DNA from: Macrostomum lignano
Lineage: Eukaryota
Assembly (NCBI GenBank): GCA_002269645.1
Contig: NIVC01001180.1
Coordinates: 186,001-250,000, forward strand
Length of the DNA stretch: 64,000 nt
Direction: 5' to 3'
The notes under the pieces were generated by a model. That model was not told the origin of the DNA, made no database searches, and was given only the letters and a program-made list of their open reading frames with translations. The position numbers and the translations under genes are program-made. Positions 51,954 to 62,362 of the stretch are shown piece after piece (position 1 is the stretch's first letter; each line of letters opens with the position of its first letter).

Positions 51954-52587
51954 CACTCAGCAACATTCAAAACGCAACACTCCAACCAGAAGAAAAATCA
52001 ACTCACTCAGAAGAGTCAAAGCGCACAGTCTACGGTTCAAATCGAGCTTCAGAAACGCGTGTAGCTTCCTCTCGCAATTAACAGGGCGATGACTATGGAC
52101 TGTTTTCAGATAGAGTGATCCAGCTGAGAGAATGGTTCAACAGATGACAGACGCGGAAAGATGGCGAGCAGTCGGAATGTTGGAAGCAGGTTGTACTCTT
52201 CGAACAGTTGCGAACCACTTCGGGAGGTCGCCTTCAACAGTTTTACGTCTGCTACAGAAGAGCAGAGCCACTGGAAGCGTGGCTCACGCGAGAAAAGGTA
52301 CGGTGCTTCACCAACTTCGCAGTACAACAGCTGTTGTTCGAAGAGTACAACCTGCTTCCAACATTCCGACTGCTCGCCATCTTTCCGCGTCTGTCATCTG
52401 TTGAACCATTCTCTCAGCTGGATCACTCTATCTGAAAACAGTCCATAGTCATCGCCCTGTTACTTGCGAGAGGAAGCTACACGCGTTTCTGAAGCTCGAT
52501 TTGAACCATAGACTATGCGCTTTGACTCTTCTGAGTGAGTTGATTTTTCTTCTAGTTAGAGTGTTGCGTTTTAAATGTTGCTGAGTG
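51954..52587 (+). mobile_element. Internally deleted Tc1-like element (foldback) with 253-bp TIRs, TA target duplication
   Basis: 51954-52206 is the reverse complement of 52335-52587 with a few substitutions; TA at 51952-53 and 52588-89; ORF 52132..52404 begins with a Tc1/Tc3-type HTH (RWRAVGMLEAGCTLRTVANHFGRSPSTVLRLLQK..TGSV). Confidence 0.9.
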
Positions 52588-52988
52588 TATTTGTATTCTA
52601 CACTTCCTTGCTAAGATCATAGATATAGATTCAACACCAGCTGCATCTATATTAACATCTAGCTTTTTAGTTTCACAGTATAGGAAGTATATAATCTTTG
52701 TTTTTTTTGTTTTTGTAATCTCGGCTTTGCCTTATCCTGAGAACAGCATCCTCGGCCTTTCTCTGCCATAGGAACCAAAAGAACAGACAAAGATCATACT
52801 TAATCTACAGATATTGGAAGCACCTGGGAGTGGGAGTGAGGTATTCATCAAAAGTGGGGGTGTGGGGGGCGCAGCCCCCCACATTTAACCACAGACATAA
52901 AAATTAAAGTAAAAGATTTGATGCTTAAATTAAAAGCAAGAAAGGAAAGGTTTGGGCAGCTAGAGAAAATCAGAGAGAACTGAGAATC

Positions 52989-54279
52989 ATGGAACACGAC
53001 TTGGAACTTGCTTTTGACTGGTTGAATGACATTGAATTGAGAGAAAACAAGGCTTCTAGATTTGCGTTACTGTCCGATAACGAGGTTGCTGAAAGGATTG
53101 ATGCTGCTGTGCCGGAATCAACATGCCAGAAGGAACGATGGGCACTAAAGCTATTTGACGACTGGTTTCAGGAGAGGCAAACCAAACTGCTTCATGGAGA
53201 CGCCTGCAGTCTATCTGTGTTTAAAGAGTGTTCTGAATGGGGAAAATCAGATTGGAACTATCTACTAAAGACCTTCCTGTTTGAGGTTAGAAAAACTGAC
53301 AGTACCAAGTATAACTTGAGTAGTCTGAGAGATATGTTTAACATGTTGCAGCGACATATACATTTTGGACTTGGCACTAACTGGAATCTATGGAAAGATG
53401 ACAATTTTCTAGGTGCTTGAAGAGTGCTTGATGCTGGGATGAAAGAGACAACCAAGGAGGGCAACATTGCTGGAAAGTTTGTTTCTGACCCAATTCCATT
53501 CGACATGGAAAAAGATCTATGGGATAAGAAACTCCTTGGTACAGGCAATCCCAAGACTCTGGTGTATACACTCGTGTTCTATATCGGAAAAAAACTTTGC
53601 CTGTACCAAACTTTGTGGTGGTACAGAGCTGCACAGTCTAAAGAGAGGCAAAGAGATTTGCTTAGAACTACACGATGGCCAGGAAATGTTGGTCTACAGA
53701 GAGGAGCGGAGCACGAAAACCAACAATGCTAGGATCAGAAGCAAGAATTGTCCTGTGAAGGTTGTCATGGCTTTGCACACCCTAGATCATGAGCGCTGCC
53801 TTCCGTGCATCTATAAAATCTACGACGGCTACCAACTGGAGCAATGTAAGAACGAGAACCTTTTTCTGACTTGGTTTCAAAGTGAGTCTGCCATTAAGAG
53901 CGGCAGATGGTACCAGAATGGACCTATTGGCCGGCGTACTCTCGACTTCATTGTGGCGAATATCACCAAGCCCATGTCTATGGATAGTAAATTCTCAAAC
54001 CAGTCTTTAAGGAAGACTTGTGCCAGCATGTTGCATTGGGCTGGACTGGCTAGGGACGATATAGCCCATGTCACTGGACATTTGTCCAATGCAATTGAGA
54101 GGTACATACGGCTAGATGTCCCGGACCTTTTGCGTGTGACCTACGCTCTACATGCCGGAGAAGCCATGGAGTCCAATGGGCAGACCAATGAGCAAGATGT
54201 TGTATCTGATGGTACTACCAAGAAGATGCACATGACTGTCCACGGTGACACCAATACCATAGAAATCATGTTCGAGTGA
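52989..54279 (+). pseudogene. Crypton-type tyrosine recombinase (DUF3504/ZMYM-KCTD1-QRICH1-related), about 429 codons with one stop and one frameshift
   Basis: SRFA..VPEST..WALKLFDDW, FLFEVRK.D..Y..SSL, LD..MKE, PKTLVYTLVFYIGK(N)F, WYQNGPIG, FSNQSLRKTCAS, VTGHLS and IERY. TGA at 53418-20 and an extra A in the A7 run 53588-94 link ORFs 52989, 53424 and 53467. Confidence 0.85.
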
Positions 54280-54601
54280 ATTGGCAAGAATGAACCGGTC
54301 ATTACTGCTGTTGATAGTTTATACTTCTAATGGACTAACTGACGAATTATAGTTGTTCTAAAATGTTCTCAGGACTTGTTCCTAGGCCTGTTAACTGGTT
54401 AACAGGTCTTGTTTTGAGTTCTCAGGCTTTGTTTTTTAGTGAGGTTTGGCCATAGACTATTGTTCCACTAGAAAAGAAGGAGCCTAGGAATTTAGTGTGA
54501 ACTGTCATTTCTGTAGGTTAATGAAGGCAAATGCCTTGGTGCTCTGCTTTTTAAGTCTGGCTTATTTGGAATAGCAATGATTTATGATTTGGTGATTTTA
54601 G

Positions 54602-55057
54602 TGTAGTAGGGCATTATTTTAGGAACGGGAAATTTTGTGGGTCCAATTATGCTTTTACCCTACTATCAGTAGTTTCAACCCGGGGAAATAATTAGAGCGG
54701 GGGTAAGTAGATAAAATTGGGGTTCCTTTAGAACTACAGAGCAGTTGGGCTCTTGGGAAAGAAAAGTTGTTGTTGTTGGAGTGTCTTCGAACTTGGAAAA
54801 CTCACAAGAAAAGCGGTAAGAAGGGGAAATAAATAAAAGGAATATAATTTAGGCGTGCACAGAGGAGTCTTGCCTCTAAATCTATAAACTGGGAGTCTTG
54901 CCCAACGCACAACAGAAAACTTAAGTATAGGAACTAATGTAAAACCAAACTTTTGTACAATCAAGTAACCATTTCCGTTTTTTTTATTATTAAAACTTTT
55001 TGTGTTAACTAAATCTAAATTGGTGTCCTGACTCAGTTCTTTAAACCTAAAGCTACA
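54602..55057 (+). repeat. 5' LTR (456 bp, TGTAG..CTACA)
   Basis: Matches 62363-62814 except for a G/A at base 2 and two 1-nt indels; 5-bp terminal inverted repeat. Confidence 0.92.
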
Positions 55058-55063
55058 GCAGCC

Positions 55064-55074
55064 TGGTGGCAGCG
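55064..55074 (+). other. Primer-binding site, tRNA-Leu type
   Basis: TGGTGGCAGCG is complementary to a eukaryotic tRNA-Leu 3' end (..CGCUGCCACCA); 6 nt after the LTR. Confidence 0.75.
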
Positions 55075-55599
55075 AACTACCAAACATTAAAACAGTTAAT
55101 AATCCACTCATAATCCTTAGCAAATAAGAAACCAGTAGCTTAACCGCGAGGACTTAGCTTAGGATTAGAATACCCGAGAAGCGCATACATTAGACTGGAG
55201 CTTAGGATTAGTAAGGGATTAACGAATTAACTCCTATGTGCTGAAATTAGAACTAAAACTAACACAAATTTACTAATTAGGTTCTAAATTAGAGAATTAA
55301 TGTACATAGTCAGTTGATCTAAGATTGTCTGATCTCAGATTAACGGATTAACGGATTAGGAACGGATTAACGCTCCTGAAAGGAATTTTAACTTAGTTTC
55401 TTCGCTAGAAGATTAGTAAGGTCTCAATTAAGACCAGAAGTAAGGCGGAAGTAATAAAAGTAGAGTCACTGCTATTTTATTAACTAAAGTCTTACCATTA
55501 GGCAATTTAGCAGCTAAATTCGGAGTCTTGCCAATTTACTGACCAAAATTATTAAACCAGAAGCGTTAATTCTAAAATCCAACCTAAAATTAAACTAAT

Positions 55600-56613
55600 A
55601 TGGAAGCGAATGACGTAGTAGAAGCACTGGCTGAAGGCATTAGAGACGGGCTAGACATTAGGAAACACATTAGGATCCAAAAGTACACGCCTAATCAGGA
55701 TATAGACGTGTGGATTCAAGCTTTTGAGCAGAGGTGTATCGCAGATAAGATACCCCCAGCTGAGTGGAAGAATGAGCTACTGTCTAACCTAGATGTTCAG
55801 TCAGCGTTCGCTATCGTGACAAGGCTAAATTTAGATCCTAATCTAGCATACGCAGACTTTAAGGATAGGCTAATCGAGCGATTCACGCATGTAGGTAGTG
55901 CTCAAGAAGCTAGGGAAGAGTTCCGTAGTAGGTTCCAGTGCAAAACTGAAAGCACTGATGACTACGCTGAAAAGCTGACAGAGCTGGCATGCAGGGCGTT
56001 TCCCCATCTAACTAACGATCAGAGACAGGAAGAGGTGGTGGAACAATTTATTAGAGGTGTTAGGGTTGCCCCAGAGACTAGAGAGAAGCTACTACTAGCT
56101 CAGGTAAACTCGCTTCAAGAGACACGTCGAGTCTTGCGACGTATTGAAATGGCGTACGCTATGTCTCGCCGAGGTAGAGACCCGCAGCAGTGTAAGGCAA
56201 CTGGAGGAGAAGAAGCTGAGAATAGCTTGAAGGAATTGGTCCGCAAACAGGGTGAGGCGCTAGAAAACCAGCAGAAGGTGCTTCAGGAGTTACTCCGACA
56301 CCACCAAAGTGTTGAGCATAAGGTCAAGCAGCAGCAGCCGTCAGGACAGCAGCAGCAAGGCCAGAATCAGCAAGGGCGTCCCCCAGTAAAGTGTAACAGG
56401 TGTGGCAAGCTAGGTCACGTAGCTAAGAATTGTAGACAGCCACATCCGCAGAACCAACTTAGGTACCCGGCTCAGCAGCAGATGCAGTATCAGCAGCCGA
56501 TGTACCCACAGCAGCAGATGCAGCCGCAGTACCCGCAGCCGCATTACCCTCAGCAGCAGAATTCGGGAAACGGAGTAGACGGAAGCGTCGGAGGCAACGC
56601 TTTCCCGCAGTAG
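55600..56613 (+). CDS. gag: Gag with CCHC zinc knuckle, 337 aa
   Basis: Intact ORF; capsid-like WIQAFEQRC and QFIRG; CNRCGKLGHVAKNC; Q/P/Y-rich tail. Confidence 0.93.
   Translation: MEANDVVEALAEGIRDGLDIRKHIRIQKYTPNQDIDVWIQAFEQRCIADKIPPAEWKNELLSNLDVQSAFAIVTRLNLDPNLAYADFKDRLIERFTHVGSAQEAREEFRSRFQCKTESTDDYAEKLTELACRAFPHLTNDQRQEEVVEQFIRGVRVAPETREKLLLAQVNSLQETRRVLRRIEMAYAMSRRGRDPQQCKATGGEEAENSLKELVRKQGEALENQQKVLQELLRHHQSVEHKVKQQQPSGQQQQGQNQQGRPPVKCNRCGKLGHVAKNCRQPHPQNQLRYPAQQQMQYQQPMYPQQQMQPQYPQPHYPQQQNSGNGVDGSVGGNAFPQ
56565..56609 (+). other. -1 programmed ribosomal frameshift signal
   Basis: G GGA AAC in the gag frame (56565-71); the -1 frame is open from there into the protease; downstream hairpin GGAAGCGT (56581)/ACGCTTTCC (56597-56605). 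Confidence 0.75.
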
Positions 56614-59600
56614 ATCCCTCACAGTCTGTAGCCTCACAACCTGTAAATAGCAGCGATAATTTTTCTGTAAATAGTGAATTGAATTCTTCAGTGTATAACA
56701 GTACGCATGCGCAATCATTTAATCAATCATTTAATCAATCATTTAATCAGCCAAACATTTATTCTCAGCACTTTTCGAACGCACCACAACAGCAACCTTA
56801 TTCTAGCAAGCAGCAGCTAAAACAACCAAAAATAATTGAACAAACTAAAAAACAAAGTTACGATCCGTACATCACTGGCAGCATTTTAAATAAGGAAATA
56901 GTTTATCTATTAGACACTGGCAGTAATAGAAATATCTTAGGACGCGAAACCTGGAAGCATCTTTTCACTGGCAAGAATAGGCATCTAATTAAGCATTGGG
57001 ATAATATAATTGTTTCTTTTATGGAAGAGCCGATTCCAATTAAGGGTTTCGTAGTTATTAAGGCAACATTTGGCGATTTTGAAGAAGAAGTTCAGTTTCT
57101 CTTATGTGACGCAGATGTAGACAATGTAATAGGTGTGACGTTTGTCCAAAATTATTGTACTACTATTGACTTCGATGCAGGAATGCTAACCATGAAACAA
57201 GGAACTAGAATTCCGCTTCGATCAACCAGAGCTAAGCCTCAGGTTAGGAGAATCTATGTCGCAGAAAAGACGACAGTTCCAGCAATAGTTCAGGATTAGT
57301 CAAGTCAGATTAGCAGCAGGTAGTGAAACTAATTTCGGAGTGCCATCAGTTGTTGAGCCACTCAGATCAGGATTAAAGACTAGAACAGAGAAGGTAACTG
57401 TAGTGCCAAGTTTAGTAACTCTAAGACAAGGGGAAGCTTATTTAGAAGTGATTAACACCAGTTCACAGGAAGCCAGAGTACCAGCATCAGCATTAGTTGG
57501 GATGGCTAAACCACTCTTAGCTAGCGAGCTTAACTATCTGAAGGAACAGCCAGAAGAAGAACAGAATAAGAGCACGCAGTCTTGCGGAAGCAGAGAAAAG
57601 ATCAGTCAGGTACAGGACAAGTCAGAAGACTGGATTAGTGAGATTAACATAGGAACTGAACTGACTCAGGAACAGAGACAAAAGGTGATCGATGTCTTCA
57701 AGGAACATTCAGCAGCTTTCTCGCAGCACGAGTTAGACTTAGGCAGAACGCATTTAGTCACACATGAATTATCTTGAAGGACAACAACCCAGTTCAGATA
57801 CCAGCTAGGAAGATTCCACCTCATTGGATCAAGGAGGTAGATGAGCAGTTGGATTTCATGTTGGCTAGAGGCATAATTAGGCCTAGTTACTCGCAGTACT
57901 CGACTCCATTAGTCATAGTACCTAAGAAAGACGGTTCGCTGAGATTAGTTAACGACTATCGAGCACTAAACAATAAATCGGAGTACTTTCCGTATCCAAT
58001 AACTAATATCAATGAAACATTCTCATGTCTTCATGGAGCCAGTCAATTTTCTACGTTAGATCTATTTTCGGGATACTATCAGATAGCTCTTAGGGAAGAA
58101 GATAAGTGCAAGACTAGCTTTCCAACTTTACATCGAGGCTCGTTTGAGTACGAAGTATTGCCAATGGGATTGCAAGGAGCCCCAGGAACTTTTCAAAGGT
58201 GCATGAACTTAGTTCTTAAGGACATTGCACAAAAGTTCGCCATAGCTTACTTAGACGATGTAATAGTTTACAGTACAGATTTCGAAGCCCATTTAGAACA
58301 CCTGAAAGAAGTGCTCAAGAGACTAATACAAGCTAACATGAAACTAAAGGCTAAGAAATGTCACCTTTTCAAATCAGAGCTACAATATTTAGGACACGTC
58401 ATAGGCAAAACAGGAATTAAGAGAGATGCGTCAAAATTAGAAGCAATTAGGAACTGGCCGAAACCTAAATCTGTGACAGAGCTTCGAAGTTTTCTCGGAC
58501 TCTGTAATTACTATAGAAAATTCGTTAGAGATTTTGCCGAGGTAGCAGCACCACTCGGTGAGTTAACTAAGAAGAACATCAAATGTATCCAGGACAAATG
58601 GACCAGGATCCATGATGAATGCTTCGAGTTGTTGAAGGAACGGATGTGTTCCGAAGAAGTGCTTGCTTACCCAGAGTTCAATACAGACCCCAAGTTTATT
58701 TTGTGTTAGACACTGATGCATCAAATGTCAGAATTGGGGCGGTCTTGAATCAAGTGCAGAGCGACGGCATTGAAAGGCCGATCGCTTATTATAGTCGGAA
58801 GATGAGGCAGTCAGAAACTAGATATCCGATTACGAGGAAGGAGCTTCTAGCGATTGTTGACTCGCTGAAGTATTTTAGATTTTACCTCGTAGGAAAACAT
58901 TTTAAGGTGCGCACTGGTCACAATGCCCTAACCTGGTTGCTTCGCCAAACCGAACAGACAGGCATTTTAGGTCGTTGGATCGAAAGACTTTCCGAATTTG
59001 ATTTTGAGATAGAACATAGAAGTGGCCCTAAACATGTGAATGCTGACGCCCTATCCAGGATCCCTGATCCTCAACCGGAAGAGATGTCCCCACATGCCAG
59101 GTCGCTAAGCTGTAGGGCAACTGTGAATACAGACCCAGCATCAGCTTTTACTGTCAGCTCAGGCAATTCCGCGTTCGCTGAAACCTGTAGCTCGAGCAGT
59201 GGAGTTCCGTCATGCTGTTCGTCACAAGACACTGTCACGAACCGACACAATACTCCGATCTTTAGTAGCAGTAGGCTAGACAATAGACAGGGACAGGAGC
59301 CTAAAACCGGAAATCCGCCTGCATGCAATGCCCTGCTCAGTGACTATCTCCGTAGCCCAGTTCGCCGTGACCAATTGATCGCAGCACAGCTAGCCGATCC
59401 GGCGGTAGGCTTTGTTAGAAATTTAATTGAGAATGACTCGCCTAAACCGACATTTCAAGAACGACTAGAGTTAACCCACGACTGTAGGAACCTCTTAGGT
59501 TACTATGAGTTGCTCAGAATTGAGGACGGCGTACTCAAAGTAGACTTGTCTATGGGGCAGACTGATCCAAAGGTAGTGTTGCCCAAGTCTCTGGATAGTG

Positions 59601-61109
59601 AAGTCTTTCACCAATTCCATAATTCCATGATTCACCGTTAGCGGGACACCTAGGTCGAGATAAAACTTATCAGAGAATTAAAATTCGATTTTGGAGGCCA
59701 GGATTAGCAACAGCAGTTGAACGCTACGTAGCCAAATGTAAATCATGCCTAGAAAGCAAAACTAGACGAAGAATTAAGGCACGAATTCAGAACTATCCTG
59801 TAGTCGAACCGTTCGGTAGATTGCACATAGATCTAATAGGACCTATTGGCCAAACTAGCAAATCCGGAAACAAATATGTACTTTCAGTCATAGACAGCAC
59901 TAGCAAATTTCCATTCGCATTCGCAATTAGGAATCAGAAGGCTAAAACAGTTATCAAAATTCTACAAGAACGAGTTTTCGCTGATTTTGGGATTCCACAA
60001 TGGATTCACACAGACCAGGGAACACAGTTCACTGGTAGGGCCTTTAAGAAATTTTTAGACCTCTATGGCATTAGACACACTCGAACAACTAGTTATCATC
60101 CGCAGAGCAATGGCTTAGTAGAAAACCTTAATAAGCAGATAAATCAATTCTCACCTGTTTACTGGAGAAGGAGCATTCCAACTGGGACGTTCTGTTGCCA
60201 GGTTGCATAACAGCTCTGAGAACCAGCACGCACACTGCCACAGGATTTAGTCCGCACTATTTAGTCTTTGGACGAGAGGCCAGAATGCCCTGTGACAATG
60301 AGCTGAACGAGCCAAAGCAGTTTCAGGATTTGCCATCTTATGTCCAGGATCATCAGCAGAATCTGCAGGAAGGCCAAGAACTAGCAAGAAAGAGATTAAA
60401 ATTAGTGCAACAAAACCGTGAGCAGGAGTACTCTAATAAGCCTAAGCCGAAAATATTGCCTGTAGGAAGCTTAGTATTTATCAATAATCCAGTAATTGCT
60501 AACACAGAGGCTAACAAATTTCACAGAAAACAAAGGGCGGTTTACGAAATTGTAGAACAATTATCAGAAGTAGTCTTTAAGATTAGACCAGTTACCAAAA
60601 ATAAGAAGGCTAGAAAGGAAGAACTTATCATGCATAGGGATAATTTAATGAAAGTACCGCAAGCAGATTATCAGGAAGAAGAAGCTAGTACTAAGCCAAA
60701 AGAGCAGAGGAAACAATACAATAGGGAACAGTTAGCCAATAGCCAGCCGAATGTGTACAATGACTCAGAAAGTGAAGACGAGTACGAAGACGCAGTGCAG
60801 TTTATGCCAGTGCAACATCAAAATAATGAGCAGTTTATGCCAGTGCAAAATCAAAATAATGTGCAGTTAGTGCCAAATCAACAAGTGCAGCATCAAAATA
60901 ATAATCTAACTAATTTAGTAGGTGTACAAGGAGTTATGCCAGTACAATTAAATAATAACAATAATCTAGGGATTAATTTAGAAGCTAGGCCAGCGAGAGA
61001 GCGTCATGCTCCAGATAGATTAACAGTCAGGCCAAATCAGAAAAGTTATGTGCAGAGGATAGCGGAGTTGTTTAACCCATTTAACCTCTTGCAGCCAAAA
61101 TCTCAATAA
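56568..61109 (+). pseudogene. pol: Pol (protease, RT, RNase H, integrase), interrupted by several frameshifts
   Basis: PR LLDTGS; RT LPMGLQGAP and YLDD; RH TDAS; IN HHCC (H-D-S-P-L-A-G-H..CKSC), HIDL, TDQG, NGLVE and GPY/F-like LVFGREARMP; spans ORFs 56679, 57340, 57774, 58619, 59821 and 60195. Confidence 0.93.
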
Positions 61110-61111
61110 CT

Positions 61112-61834
61112 ATGGTCGACGCCCCAATCCGCGTCTATCCAAAAAAGCGAATCTATGGCCAACAAGGAAGACAGGCAGCTTCAGAAAATGAACCCCCAAG
61201 AATTAGGGCTGTTCAAGAAGTAAGTGATAGTGTCGCGACAAGCGGTAAAAAGTGGAAATTAGAGCAACCGGAAGAGGGCGGTGAGCCCAAAGGAAAACTG
61301 GTCGTGGACATAGACTTGGAAGAGTTGGAAAGGGAGACGGAAAGAGAGGAAGAAGCGTTCCGAGAGGAGATGACCAGATTCATGGAAGAGGTGCAACAGT
61401 ATGAGGAAAGAAGCCAGCAGGAAGACAGATTAGAGGAAGAAGAAGAGTGACAGCAACCAGCAGAGGAGCCAGCCGAGCCGCAAGTAGACCCAGGAGAGCA
61501 AAAGAGGAAGTTTCGATGCTGCCGCCGGGCCCTCAAGAAGTACATACTAAGGACGGGTAAGACCGGTATGTTCGAAACCGAATTACCCGAGGCCTGCGCG
61601 TGTTTCTTAACGACAGCGACCAAGGAGGAGGCAATTAAGTGCTACGAAATAGCCTGTACCTATTGCCTGCAATATGCGGAAAGTAATGCACGCGGCCCCT
61701 TCAGTATGAGCGTCACCATGGAGCAACTAGAGTTCTTGGCGGGAAAATTCGACCCGGAACGCCAAATGATCCTGGCCAACGGCTTATTGTATGCATCGGC
61801 GCAAAATAATATTTGGCCTGTACACGACATCTAA
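61112..61834 (+). CDS. Third ORF of unknown function (acidic region then Cys-rich C-terminus), 240 codons with one internal TGA at 61448-61450
   Basis: ATG 2 nt after the pol stop; ORFs 61112..61450 and 61568..61834 are the same frame separated by a single TGA; no TM or signal segment. Confidence 0.65.
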
Positions 61835-62349
61835 CTAGAGTAATCGAATTGCATTTTACTATATATTGGCTATTTTTACCATCTCTTGGGACAAATTGAA
61901 TTAAATCGCTGCCTTGCTTAATCATAGCACTTCCTTTTTTTGACATAAGGACCTGTCCACATTTTACGTTGCGTGCAATTTTCTATTTTTGATATGTCTA
62001 CATGTTATTCTTAATAGTGCCAACATTACTCAACCTGATGCTAATAAGATACACACCACTTATGCTTATATCTTGTTGTTGTAGTGTGCTGCAAAATTTT
62101 TTTTGTTTTGTTTTAGCAATATAGCAATATGCAACTTAATATCAATAATTCATTATATATCCTGCATTGTACTCTAATTGTCTAGGAATTCATGTTTACG
62201 CATTACATTTTCATATTCATAATAGTTGCTTACTTAATCCCTATATTCAGTACATCGCTGATAAGCGCACTAATACTTATTACGTAACTAAAATTTTGTT
62301 AATAAATATAATCATCAATGTACAAAAGGGGGTTTTGCACATTTTTGTA

Positions 62350-62362
62350 GCGAGGGGGGGGG
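62350..62362 (+). other. Polypurine tract
   Basis: GCGAGGGGGGGGG immediately 5' of the 3' LTR. Confidence 0.85.

Noticed and set aside
54734-55123. Antisense ORF in the LTR (also 62493..62723)
   Set aside because: AT-rich, no domain, and duplicated only because the LTRs are duplicated.
61112-61834. Env gene
   Set aside because: No signal peptide, transmembrane anchor, furin site or fusion-peptide-like segment.
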